Shown in pieces: positions 50,533-63,844 of a stretch of DNA of 64,000 bases (positions are counted from its first letter, which is position 1; every line of letters begins with the position of its first letter). Made by a program: the position numbers and the translations under genes. The notes below the pieces were generated by a model, which saw nothing but the letters and a program-made list of their open reading frames with translations, was not told where the DNA came from and searched no databases. The stretch is from Marsupella aquatica (lineage: Eukaryota > Plantae > Marchantiophyta). The DNA is taken from assembly GCA_973895155.1 (NCBI GenBank), contig OZ316898.1:11679187-11743186 (forward strand), read 5' to 3'.

Positions 50533-53500
50533 ATGTCGATTGTTGGTGAGAGCGGTGCAGTTCCGAGTCGCGCCGATGACTCGCTGATCTGCGAGATATT
50601 TAACGCGGCGAGGGGACTCATGGATTTGCCTACGCAGTCACCAACGACTCAACCTGCGTTGCATCAGGTCAAGGTGGACCTCAAAAAATGGGAGCGAGAG
50701 TTCCAGACGCAGCACTCCCGCCCTCCTTCCAAAGTCGACGTGCAAGCTTGTCCCTCTATTCGTAAGTGCCGTAGACACTTCTGATCTGCTGTTGACCTTG
50801 TGGATTAAAGTTCAGTCCCCTGGTTCGTCTCGTCCATGGCCCCCAGTTGGTTCATTCCAGTTAGTTTCTGAGGACACTGTTTGGAAGTGTTCTTCACAAT
50901 GTTTGCCTTCTCGGTCGTCATATCCCTTGTCCTGTAAATCAGCAATACAAATGTGGTGTCAAAGGACTGCATGCGCCAGAGAGTACGGTAGTAGCAGAAT
51001 TTGATTCGCGACAGTGAATTCTTTGTGGCTACAGAACAGATGTACAGAGAGTACGCTCGTTTGAAGAAGAACCTGGGAAAGGAGAATATACAGACCGAAC
51101 ACAAGGTATAGTAGAGGTTTGCTCCTGAAATCTCTTTGTTATAATCACTATCACTGTGGTACACTGGGAGATCTCAATTTGACCTGCTGTGCTCTTCTGT
51201 TCCACAGATTCGTGGGAAGCCTGATCCGAGAGAGCTGGTCACTAAAGAGGTCAACCATCAGAAGTTAATTCCTCTTGATGGGAACCGCCTCTTGCCTACT
51301 CAGCCCGCTTCACCTTCTAATGACTCCAGCGGCTCACACATCTCTGCCACATCACCAAAGGTCGTTTCTACCAAGGGTGAGTACCAACCACTTGGAGTGG
51401 CTCCTTCCAGCGGTAACAGGGCACCACTTCAATTACTATCTCCAATCAATATCAACATTTCACCCCGTGCACAGTCGAATTGCAATCAAGTTCCGTCAAC
51501 CAGAAAGAGCGAGTCCGGTTGTAACTCTCAGCGAAAAGCCGCAACCAAGACAACAACAACCGCTCCTAGAAAACTATCTCTGCATTCTGCCAAGGTTTTG
51601 TCCTCGAGCACAGCGGCTCCCCGTCAGATGGATTTTCTCCCTGCTTGTCCGCTTGCCTTAGAAGGAGGCTTGGTTATTCGGTTGCAACGTCATGGTAGTC
51701 ACCTTAATGATCGGCAGAGCATTGTTCTAGATGATCCTCTGCCTGCAGGATTTTTTTCAAGGTCTGGGCCCTCCAGTCTTGTCCGAAAAGATCCGGAAGC
51801 TTGCAGCGTAACTCTAGTTGAAGACGTAATTTCCAGAGATGACGACAATGACAATTCAGGTCCTGCGGCAATAGCTGCTTCAAGAGGTGGCAATGACATG
51901 AAGTGCCAGGGAACATTTGGAGAGGGTACAGGCGGGCCTGGATTCGTTTTTGATAAGCCTCAAAGCGGAGATGTGGCCGCTGGGATCCAGATTTGCACTC
52001 CATCTCCAGCAGCGGGCATTGAACGATTGGCAAACTGGAAGTCCGATGACCCCAGAGATTTCACTGCCAACAAGGACGAAAGGACGACTACTGATGGTCT
52101 TGGTGGTGCTTCTGTGGATAGGAAGGGTCTTCAAAAGTTAACAGTAGTCGGTTTAAAGCAGATGCTCCTCAAGCAAGGCCTCCCCCTCACGGGAAATAAA
52201 TCTACACTGCTCCGTCGTCTTGAAGACGGATTAAAGCAGATTGGCCGGCCTACCAAAGAGAGGATGGACTTGGAATCTCACGAACACGAGCAGGCACACG
52301 AAGAGATCAATTGCGCTGCTCGTACCGAGTCATCGAAGAGGAAATTAGGTGATCAAGGACACGAACTGCTTGTGGAGGATACAGAGAATAGCGAGACCCC
52401 CAAATCAGCAAGAAATTATTCGCTGCGCTCTAAAGGATTGTCGTCGTCTTCCCACCAACACGAAACAGAAAGTGGGAAGGTAGGTGCTCCTCCTTCAGTG
52501 ACCACCCCCGTAATGTCGTCAGCAGGAGAAGGCCAGAAGGTTCCAGTGGTGAAACCCAGCACGAAAAGAGTTAAACTCAATGAGTCTCTCGAGGAACACT
52601 CGTGGGGCAACCCCAAGGTCTTACGAAAGGGAGCCCGTAGTCAGAAAGGTAGGAGTCAAGTGCCTAGTAAATCCCGACAACGGCTGTGTACAAGGCCTGG
52701 GGAGCGAGATAATTTTGTGCGACTAAATATCAACGGGAAGGGTGGCAAGGGCCGCAGGTTTGTAAACGGAACTCGAACCAGGCGACCTGGAGTTTATGGT
52801 CGTAGAGGTGCGCATGGGTCAAAATTTAGGAAAAAGGGCAGGATGGATGCTTCTAAGACAGGTTTTACGTATTGGGACACCGAAGGCAAGCAGGTAGGAG
52901 ATTGCGAACCAAGGAGGAACTGTACAGGGCACAGGGCCAATTCTCTGTGGGCCAATGATGGTTGGTTGGAGACAGGTTCTTCTCCAGAAGGGTTGGAGGG
53001 TAGCAATGGCAATAGTACAGATGAATTAAATGTAGGATTGAAGGACGCTGTTGAGAGAGCGCAAATAAGTCCTTCTGATAAGAACCTGATTGAATTGCTT
53101 GAGTTAGTATTCGGTTTCAATGCTTTTCGAACTGGTCAATTGGAAGCTATTAAGCGAATTCTCTCGTTACAGTCTACTATGGTCGTCCTACCGACTGGAG
53201 CCGGAAAGTCTCTGTGCTATCAGGTTCGTTTCAAAGAACTCTCTATTTAATTTACTTAAATAGACTCTTTTCCAGTCGGCAGTACAGCATTCTAATGTAT
53301 CGAGATGGCAGCACCTGGCCCCAAATTACTGTGATGCTATAGTCGAACGAATTCCGAAGCGACCGGCAGTAATGCAACACTTGGCTCTTTCAAGCTTCAA
53401 AATTTATTTGCAATTTGTCTCACGTCTTGGATTCTACGATGATTGTTTCCAGCTACCGGCACATCTACTGCCTGGCATTACGCTGGTCATCAGTCCTTTG

Positions 53501-56500
53501 ATAGCACTGATGACTGACCAACTTGGTCATCTTCCGCCATCCCTGCCAGGAGCTCTGATTAGCAGCGCCCAGGTACGTGAAGAATCAGTCTTATCACAAG
53601 TAATTTAGCATGTCGTGGTTTCTATGATAGTCAGGTTCGTAGAACACTCTTCATACTGCATATTACTCTGGTGGAAGTGCTCACACTGTACTTCCATAGG
53701 CTCTTGCTAAGGAAGCTCAAATAATTGCAGTTGTACATTCTAGTTTTGTCAAAACATTGAGAGACGAAATTCTTAGTTCTGTAGGACTATGTAATATGTA
53801 TTGCAGGTACTGTGCTTAGTAAAATGTAGTACAGAGATGTCTATGGAGGAAGTGTTCACTTGTTTTCTTCCCACTTGTCAAGCATTCTGTGCATTGTCAA
53901 AGGCGATATTGGAGATGGCAGTCAGCAACCCAGACTTCAAACTATATGCTTTTGAGCGTGTCCTCTAGGGAAAGATTCCAGTTGCGAATGTCTCAAGTTC
54001 TAAGTGTATTTGGTTGCAGACGCCACAGGAAAGCAGTGCCGCAATTTCTCGCCTGCGTGCAGGGCAAGTGAAGGTGCGTTGTTTACTTGCGGAAAATGTG
54101 CGGAGATAGTCTAACTTAAAGGCAGACTGAAACCATCCAATACTCTTACTTGAATCAATATCAGGATAGCGGGGATATCCGCATGTTCTTTAGGCAACTT
54201 CTGAATCTACCTGGCAAACTCACGGCGTTGGAAACGAAGGTGTTGGGTTGAACTTTCTGAGCTGAACCGCTGTAATTTCTTAGCCTAATTTCTTAGCCCT
54301 CTGCATTCGTTTGATACTTTCCTGGCAATCATCAACATATGACGCTGAATATTTTAATCGCACAGGTGCTTTTCATATCTCCTGAACGTTTGTTCAGTGA
54401 GAGCTTTCTGTGCACCTTGGGTGAACTTCCGACAATTTCATTGGCCGTCATTGATGAAGCTCATTGCCTTTCAGAATGGTAGGTTCCATCTTTACTTATT
54501 GGGATTCATGACCGCAAGCTGAACTTGCCACCTCAGAACAGCTCGTTGCAATAGTGCTACCGATTGGGATGGATCTGAATTTTAAGAAGGTTGTCCAGAA
54601 TGAATGAGTTGTTCCATAAGTGAGTATTGTGCCATGCATACCAAGACGCTGTTGATCTGTCTTAGAATCTGATTCCCACGTGGTGTTTGCCACGCTGAGC
54701 CTGTAAGACTACCCTACGTGGAAGCCGGTTGATAATGTAGCTCATGGTCTTTGAAAATGCCTTCATTTGTGTCTGTGCAGGTCACATAATTTTAGGCCAT
54801 CATATTTCAGATTGGGGAAAATTTTGCATCAGCGAATGAAAGTGTCCTGTGTGCTTGCATTGACCGCCACGGCCACTAAGAAGGCAGAGCAGTCAATCTT
54901 GAAATCCCTATGTATCCCAGATGCTGGCGTGGTGCAAGCCTCTCATGTGCGACAGAATCTTTCACTGTCAGTCTCTAGGGAAGCAAACAGGCGAGTTGCA
55001 CCTTCCAGAAGGATGATGCTCTGTTCTGATAGTTTCCACTTTAGAGGTGATGTCGGCGTTCATTAGACAGTTGCTTTTCACTTGTTTGGCAATAGCTTGT
55101 TCATTTGTGGTCTGATGTCTCTACTGTAGAAATATCGTTGTAAATAGGGAATGGAAATGTGTTACCTGTTTGGCCTAGGTCTACATAAGACTTATGAGGC
55201 CTCAATTTTCGGTTATAACAGGTTGCAGTCCCTCCTTTCAGTGCTCCAAAGCAGTCCCTATGCAGAGGCCAAGAGTATAATAATATACTGTACATTCCAG
55301 GTACTATGCGATCCCTTCATTTTCTTAGGGAAATCTTGATTATCAGAAAATTTGGGACGCGAAGAGATTTTTCAGGATACGTCCAAACCTTTTCAAATCT
55401 GGCCATTGAAACGCAAAGGCTTACGAAAATTAATCAGAGACGTATTTTGAATTATGAGAGCCAGTTTCTTGGGAAGGAAGAGTTGTGCCTTCTAGTTCCG
55501 TCACTTTTTCCAATGCTCTCGATGTACAATTTAGTACCCACACCCTGCATTCATGTAGTATCTCAAATCCGATACCTTTTGCAACAGAGTTCTGCCATCG
55601 ATCAACTAGATATTCATTATGCTCATTGACCTCAACTTCTGACATTGGCACTACCATGATCACAACCTTTCTTACCTTACCAGTACTGTGGCAGGTGGAA
55701 ACAGACTACATAAGTGGGTATTTAGAGAAAAACGGCATTCAGGCAAAGGTGCGATCTATACTCTCTTCACAGCAATCTAAGTGTCCAGCAACTCGATCCT
55801 TATGTATAACTATTTGGTCTCGATTTGTCACCTTCGACAACTAATTACTCATGAAGTTTGTTCACACAGAGCTATCATGCAAAGAAGAACAGCCAGGAGC
55901 GGGCTCGAATTTATGATCTCTTCTGCAAGAACAAGTTAAGAGTGGTAAGCCTCAGAATTGGATTTCTGAAATCTAGAAGGTTGCTGCATGTTTTATGATT
56001 TCAGCAATGTGCACCATGTCTTCAGGAGCTGATCTGACTTTAATGCCTGCAGGTGGTGGCAACCGTGGCTTTTGGAATGGGTCTTGATAAGAGTGATGTC
56101 CGAGCTGTAAGTAGCAGCAAGATCTCTTTGACTGTTGTCTTTAAACATTGGAGATGCCTTCAGATTTGTATGTAAGTTTGTTGATTCTGGGCCGAACAAG
56201 ATATGGACGGCGATCAGTATAACAAGAAAAACTAAGGGTCCAAAGCACTATTCGGTGCTGGTACAGTCTATGGTCAATCCGAAGTACAGGGCTGCCAGGA
56301 ATAAGCTTCCCAAACCTGTGACTCCTGTTCCACCATATTCAAGACATTAAAGCTAGCCTAACCAGTATCGCTGAGATCCAAGCTGTGAAATGGAAGCCAT
56401 GTATCCTAAATCACAGACCTTTTGGGACCAGATTGACCATGAGGACCCAAGGGAAATGAAATTTGTGTACTTGGGTCATGCGCTCCACTTGCGCTGTTGC

Positions 56501-57323
56501 ATCACGTTTAATCGAAAGCCCATTTTTGTACGTTGATGAATATTTGTCATTGAATATGACAAAACTTTGTGTACAGATTATCCACTACAATATGCCCCGC
56601 AGCTTGGAACATTATGTTCAGGTTAGTCTGCCTCCTGAAATTGATGTGTTCTGGTTATTCTTTCAAACATTCTTTCTCGTGTCATTGCGCATTTCATGCA
56701 CCCAAGTCTATTCGCTGGCTCCGGCGGTAGTCGAAGACGTACTCGGACAATCTTGTCTGGCTTTCGCTGTCTGTCCTTTTTCATAATACTCTTTTCTGGT
56801 GCACCAATTGCAGGAAACAGGCCGTGCAGGCCGAGATGGGAACCAGGCCTATTGCCATCTGTTTCTTGATGATGGTGACTTTTTAAAGCTCCGGAGTCTT
56901 GCTTACAGGTCTGCCCGCTGCTCAATCTTGTGTCTAAGTATAATCGTAGTTCAGAATAGTGCTGCACTCGTGACGGGACAGAAGGCTTCGGTGTTGGACA
57001 GTCCAAGTGCTGCCATGAGGTCAACAAATGTATTTGGTGGGACTCATGCGTGAAATTTGAGATTAGCGAGTTTTGTGCCTCGGCTTCTCTTGATGAGACA
57101 CGACTGAATGAAGACACGACTCTCTCTTGTAGTGATGGAGTTGATGAGTACGCAGTCAACAAATTTTTGTGCCGCGTATTCGATGGGCGTTCTACTTCGA
57201 CAGGACCCTGGAACCTAGGCTCAATTATCGTTGATACTGCTTCAAGGGAGCTGGATATGAAGGAAGAGGTGCGGGTTACACATTACCACCATGAGTGAAT
57301 ATTTTAGTACACCTAAGCTTATG

Positions 57324-57356
<33 letters not shown>

Positions 57357-60181
57357 TAGATTCACTGGTACTCAATGCTGGTGCTCGTACTCTGCAAAAT
57401 GACATTTGGATATTTTATACTGAAAGGGATGCTATTCACATGACATGCATCTTGCATGCATGCAACAAGAATATGTGATAAGTTTTCTGGTTTTAAGTAT
57501 TGCAACAAAACGTCAGTTGTGCAAAGAAGCAAAACGGAATTCGTTTCCCTATGACCGCCCGTGCACCTTATATTCACTGATCAAGCAGATGCAAAGTATT
57601 TTTCGAATACGAATTTAGCACTGCCAATCTGTCATTTCTTGACACATTGATACTTGAACTTGCTTTGAGATTGCACGTTGGAGATTCGAGTGCCGACAGT
57701 TTCTTTTACAAGAATCTAGCAATCCTAATATACGTGCATTTGAAAATTACAGGTTATGGAAACATTATTGTCACTCCTAGAAGTTGGAGAGGTAGAATAT
57801 TTGAAGGTTCTTTCAAAGATTAATACAACATGCACCTTAAGCTTTCACCAGAGCAATCCTGCTTCGTTAGCTGGGAGGAACACCTTTGTTGCTACCGTTA
57901 TGAAGAGGTACTGTAATAGCCCTTGTTAAAATACTTAGGAATTCCAAGCTTTCACCCTACTGTTCTCCTCTTCAAGTATGACCAATTATCTCTGTGGTGT
58001 CACGTCTGCTGTTGTGCACATTGTTCAAACTCCCACCATTTGTTCTGCTTGGTATGCCGTTGGGGTATATGCAGTCAATCATTAATATCACGTCTTCATG
58101 TGCTTTCGATGTACAGGAGTAAAGAAAGGCAAGGTCGATATGTTTTCGACCTGCCGACGATTGCCACTCAGCTACAATGGTCGTTGTTTCAAGTGCAATC
58201 TGAGCTACGAAGATTGCAGGTACAATTTTCAACTCGTTATTGTACGAGGTTTAGTAAATTGGAACAGCTAATGAAATGGAATTAAAGACATGGTCCAAAA
58301 CCTTGTCAAGATGAGGTAAACTAGTCAGGATTGCTGGAACGAGCATTCCGGAAATTATCCTTGCACCTTCTCTAGGGTGTCTTCTGTTCTTGTAATTAGG
58401 ATCTATGAAACAAAGTCCGGAGGTTCCTCCTCTATTGAACTTGGCAGTGAAGAACCCAGGCAGCTAGTAGATAGCAGGTTCATCTGACTTTGAGTGTCAT
58501 CCAGGCCGCAGGTGAGATCACCTATGAAGTAGGTGATTCTGCGTTATGCTTTACGGTATTAGAGATCCCTACGGACATCTGCCTTCTTACGTCCAAAGTT
58601 ACTAAACGGCTGGCAGAAGTTGAGCGGTGCCAGGTACCCTCTATGCTTGAACCAGAATGTTCCTCGGTCTTTGGAACCCTCTTTTGACAGTTGTGATAAT
58701 CCTGGTTGAGTTGTGAATGTCGTACTTCATCACATAAAACGAAAGAGTTCGTCATTGTTTTCTGTAACGGCATTCTAAATACTGTCGTTTCAATTAGGGT
58801 AGCCACGTTGTCTGCATTTAGTCTTCTATTCTGTTTGACAGTTCTGCTGACTGTCCATTGGGTCGACCTTGTATCCCGGAATATGTCCATGCAGGTAAGA
58901 AAGCTTGATGCTATGTATTTGGCAGCATCAGCTGCAGTTCGTACCATGAATTGGGCGGCGCCACAAGAGAACATCATTATTTCTTCTCAGCAGGCTTCTT
59001 TGCAAAGCTACATTAAGTCGTACTTTGATGGGGACGAAGATGTAACTATCTCTAAGAATGTGCCGACCTGCATTCAATCAAACAGGTATGACAGTCCTGA
59101 GAAACTCTTTAGGTTGAGGTTTGGAGTTGGCATGGAAATGGCAACCAATTCTGCTTCCTTTTGTACACCCCTTCAAAATCTCAGGCATCGGCGTTCGTGA
59201 TGGTTGTATCCAAATATGAAGTAGGTTGTTTTGATCTTATTGCCTTTGCCTCGGCAGTCTTTGTACATGTTTCAGGCATGTTATGCTTGTTATCTAGTCG
59301 TGGTCAGAGTCCTTTTAGTTACAGTAACAGCAGGTTCATTATTCTGGACCAATTCATCTTACAACTTAATGGCACCACATGGAAAATGAAACAAGTTTTC
59401 TCAATGGCCTCGTCAATGTCATTGTGCTGAAAACTGTTTTCGGTCCTGTTTCTTTTGCAGATCTTTTGTACGAGCTGATATCAAGGTACTTCTTATAGTC
59501 CTCGGAGGTTTAGTGAACATGCAGTTCCTCGCTTGTTTTTTACAATTTACGATTCAGGACAATTATGCAAACTAATGGTGCACTCTACTATGGCTGGATG
59601 CAGGTCTTTCTAAAATCTGCGAGAAACCCACTTATGACTGGCAGAGCTGTAGCACGCATCTTCCATGGCCTGTGGAGTCCAGCGTTCCCTTATTCCGAAT
59701 GGTCTAAAAGTCACTTCTGGTAAGACAAACCGACCTCAGATCGTTGTCAATTCCTGCTCTAGATGTCATGATGATAATTGCCAGTAATCTCAGTAAGCGT
59801 TTTAAGACGACAATAGCCGAGGGGCATGGATCACTGAGATAAATGTTCTGTCCTTGTATCTTGATTATCTTCGATGTACGGAAATGAAAGAAAGACACTA
59901 AAAAGTAAAATGACAGGGTTCGAATCCCCCTCAGTAATCAAAACAACAGGACGAACCGAGCTTCACTGACTTTTTCCCCGTCATTTGCATTTTCTAACTG
60001 GAAGGATACTACTTCTTGGTTTCTCAACTCATTTCCCGGAGCTGAACAATGTGTGTCACGTCGCTATGTCCGTGCTGGCAGGGGACTACACACCGGAGTC
60101 GATTTTGAAAATATTAAGGAGGTTGCTGCCGCAGAAATTCTAGCGCAACATAACACAAATCGTGATGACTTCCGGCTGTAA
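50533..60181 (+). CDS. RECQL4: RecQ-family DNA helicase, RECQL4 orthologue (plant 'Q-like 5') with Sld2-like N-terminus and SAP domain, 21 exons
   Basis: Exons 50533-50761, 51035-51105, 51208-53223, 53453-53572, 54020-54073, 54366-54478, 54781-54990, 55222-55300, 55695-55748, 55870-55944, 56053-56106, 56577-56621, 56814-56908, 57133-57268, 57753-57907, 58117-58219, 58505-58633, 58895-59085, 59461-59485, 59604-59719, 60082-60181. Motifs LPTGAGKSLCYQ, SPLIALM.DQ, IDEAHCLSEWSHNFRPSY, LTATAT, ATVAFGMGLDKSDVR, YVQETGRAGRDG, RAVARIFHG..SP.FP, DNFVRLNI. The start could alternatively be the ATG at 50619. Confidence 0.9.
57326..57354. repeat. (TA)n microsatellite in a RecQ intron
   Basis: ~14 TA units. 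Confidence 0.95.
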
Positions 60182-60309
60182 AGTAAAGCAAGTTCCCTCC
60201 ATCTTCATGGCCCTAGTGTTACAAACTCCCCGAAATCGTTGCTCCACTGGAGTATTGAACTGGGCTAGAAATAGTGCTTTGACCCCAATGTTTCCATTGT
60301 CTTTTCTAG

Positions 60310-61100
60310 ACCTCAGTATTCAACGTTGCTCTACTTTGAGGTCGCTACCAGAAAGCCTGACAGTTGGTGGCTTTAGAAAGTTTGATGAATAACGTTCGCC
60401 GTTCTCTCGGAGGCTTGCCAGAATCAATTGGGAACCAACGGAACCTGAGCAGCTCCATAGTAAGTGGTAATCGGTTGGGGAGCTTGCCTGATTCGCTGGG
60501 AAGGCTATCATTGCTAACACATCAACGTTGTTCTTCTTTGAGCTTTCTACCAGAAAGTCTTGGACAGTTGGTGGGTTTAGAAACTTTGGAAATTGGCTTC
60601 TGAAGTTCTGTAGGAACCTTGCCAGAATCAATGTTAACTTACGGAACCTCCAGCAGCTGAATATTGATGGAATGTGATGAAGAGCTTGCCTGATTCACTG
60701 GGAAGGCTATCAATGCTAAGACATCTCAGTATTCAACGTGGTTCTTCTTTGAGCTCGCTGCCAGAAGGCCTTGGACAGTTGGTGGCTTTAGAAAGTTTGA
60801 CGATTGACTTTTGCTGTTCTCTCGGAGGCTTGCCAGAATCAATTGGGAACCAACGGAACCTGCAGCAGCTACATCTTAAGTGGTGTAATGGGCGGCGGAG
60901 CTTGCCTGATTAGCTGGGGAGCCTATCAATGCTAACACATCTCAGTGTGGAACGTTGTTCTTCTTTTAGCACTCGACCAGAAAGCCTTGGACAGTTGGTG
61001 GGTATAGAAACTTTGGAAATTGGCTTTTGCAGTTATGTAAAAACCGTATCAGAATCAATTGTTAATAACCTACGGAACCTGCAGCGGCTGAATATCGAGA
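60310..61100 (+). pseudogene. NLR-type leucine-rich-repeat fragment (about 11 24-aa LRRs), disrupted
   Basis: Units such as LRHLSIQRGSSLSSLPEGLGQL / VALESLTIDFCCSLGGLPESIGN / QRNLQQLHLKWCNGRRSLPD match LxxLxLxxCxxLxxLPxxxGxL. Several stops and frameshifts. No NB-ARC or TIR seen upstream. Confidence 0.8.
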
Positions 61101-62734
61101 GAAGGATAAAACATGTCATCTTGATCAGGGCTCTTAGAGAACAGAGGTTTGAGGCCAAAGCAGAGAGCAATTACCTTAGCCTTCAACAGCAAAGTTATGC
61201 CAAGCGACGACCAATAGGATTAGATTGATCTGCTTTAGCCAGAAAAAGTTTGGTTGCAGGAAGAGGCTGGCGTGAGCTGAGCAAGGGTGAATGGCAGCGC
61301 TAATTGAGGCGATTAGGCAGGAAGCCATAGATGAGATCGTCAATGGTCATTGGGAAAGGGAGGTGAGATTTTGAAGAGGGGATCTCCAGCCTGTGATCAG
61401 GAAAATTATCCTGTGATCGGAGATCTCGAATTTTTCGCAGTCAAATCACTAGGGTTCAATCGTATGCCTTAGCAGGTATTGGGAACTTTTGACCGAGTTC
61501 CAAATTGATTGTACCAAAAGAATATACGCAACCGATTCGTTGCTGTCATGCTTCATTGTCACGTCTGATCTTGTTGACTCAACATCATGAGGCCTTGTTG
61601 ATGATGAACTGTAATAACTACAGTAACCACATTTTTTCCTCTCTATCCCAACAATAGAGTAGGTTTCATTTCTTGAGGTTGATTGGATTGGATTTGAAGC
61701 TCCCAGGTCATGCCCCGATGAGGCAGGAGGATGAAGGTGATTGAAGTAGCTTCCAACCACCCAACAAAAAACGTAATTATAGCCTGTATTGATACGAAAC
61801 CTGTGGATGATGCTCTCTTTGTAAAAGTAGGACGAGTCGTGTTCCCCAAAAACTGTGAGCATGATCTATCAGGGACTGATGAGCAGATGTATGTAGTTCA
61901 ATTGCACAAGACATGAATTAGCTCAAATCAATCAGACAGTGATGAGAGTTCGTTTCCAACTGTCTGAACTTGCTAAAAATGCTCTCCACCCTGTCAGTGT
62001 TGACGATGTTTACCATCTCTGCCGGTCGAGAAAAGCTCAAAGCAGACGCCACCCATGGCTTCACTATCCATCAGAATGCAAATCACTTAGTGTTGGAATC
62101 TCACGCTGGTTTCGAACCCAAATCGGACGAGTAGCCTGACCCTAGAGGAACTGCTGATATGTGTCCAACGGCACCCGGCCGAATAACACAACTGTGTGAT
62201 CCTTGCTGAATACTAAACAAGGACAGGGGAACTTTGAGTTTCAGGAAGTGCTCCACCCATTGAACCTCCTAATCGACATCCTAAACGCCACATAAAGAAG
62301 CAGAGAGTCAGCTTTTAGCGATGGATTGAATATCCATCCCCGGGTGTTGGAGAGCAATGCGGTACCGTCCTTCACGCGGACAGACCGTGAGTGTGGAAAC
62401 ATGAGTGCAATGTAGGCCACACCCATCTACAGAGACAGTTGAATTTGGAAAGCGAAGTTGTGAATTGTCCTATCGTCTCCTTGACCATCTCTCCCGTTAA
62501 GTCTCAGTTCTCACATGATTATTTCTAATAAGCCTCGAATCCACAAATCAGTCTGCTTTTGGAACGATCTCCCTAGAAAACTGTATTCAATGCCGATTCG
62601 TTCTTGTGCTCGTGCATCACTTGGGCATAATGTAGAGCTGAACGGAAGGTGAGAGGGGCTTCATGGTTCACAGACTTTTGTCAAGATCTTCTCAGCAAAT
62701 CAATTCATGAAATCAACAATTCTCTAAACACGGG

Positions 62735-63610
62735 TTTAGCTTCGAACGAGCCGACCGGTCAGACAAATCTGTTTGTCAGTTTTCAAATACTTGACATCTC
62801 AGGGATCGATCGATTCAATCCACACAGCCATCGTAGCGTATCAACGCAGTAGGAGACTTTCATCAATATCTACCCTAAACCCTAAATCGGCAATACATGA
62901 AATCGGTTTCTTCAGCAACAATTTCTCTATACATGGGTTCGGCTTTGAACGGACGACCGGTCAGACAAATCTGTTGGCTCAGTATTGAATACTTGACATC
63001 AATGCAGCATATCAATTGAGTCCGAGAGAGATTACATTTAGACTGAGAACCTTCTAGCTCTCGTCCAAATGCCAGAATTGAAAGATGATCGTGCTGTTTA
63101 GATTACATTGGTCAATTCCTCGACACATGCGTTCAGCTTCGAAGGACCGACCGGTCCGACAGATCTGTTGGCTCAGTACTGAAATACATTCCATCTCAGC
63201 ATATCAATCCAGCACAGGAGAGATTACATCACCGTCCGAACCTTCTAGCTAGCATGGAAATGCAAGAATTGGGCGATGGTCGTCCTGTTTCGATTACATT
63301 GGTCAATTCCTCTACACAAGGGATGGGCTTGGGTAACTGGTTAGCCAAATATGTTGGCTTAGTAATAAAATTCCTCTACACAAGGCCTGGGCTTCAAAGG
63401 ACAGGCTGGTTAGAGAAATCTGTCGGCTTCGTACTGGAATACCTTGGCATCAACATTCGTCAATTCCTCTTCACAAGGGCTGGGCTTCGAAGGACCGACT
63501 GCTTAGACAAATCTGTTGGCTTGGCACTGAAATACTGAGAACAAAATTGGTCAATTCCTCTGCTGGGCTGGGTTTCGAAGGACCGACTACATGAAATCTG
63601 TTTACCTGGT
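62735..63610. repeat. Degenerate repeat array
   Basis: Recurring CTTCGAAGGACCGAC...GACAAATCTGTTGGCT.AGTACTGAAATAC and GATTACATTGGTCAATTCCTC blocks. Telomere-like ACCCTAAACCCTAAA at ~62871. Confidence 0.7.
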
Positions 63611-63661
63611 CCTGAAAGGATTGACATCAACACTTCAGTGTGAGACAGATTACATGACATT

Positions 63662-63844
63662 GAAGCTTCGAAACGGAAACATGGTCGTCCTGTTTGGACT
63701 CGGTTATTGCATCACACCGAAGCTTCGAAACGGAAACATGGTCGTCCTGTTTGGACTCGGTTATTGCATCACACCGAAGCTTCGAAACGGAAACATGGTC
63801 GTCCTGTTTGGACTCGGTTATTGCATCACACCGAAGCTTCGAAA
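63662..63844. repeat. Perfect 57-bp tandem repeat, ~3.2 copies
   Basis: GAAGCTTCGAAACGGAAACATGGTCGTCCTGTTTGGACTCGGTTATTGCATCACACC at 63662, 63719 and 63776; partial copy at 63833. Confidence 0.95.

Noticed and set aside
59910-59935. GGTTCGAATCCC tRNA T-loop/B-box
   Set aside because: No cloverleaf, acceptor stem or properly spaced A-box could be built; it lies in a RecQ intron.
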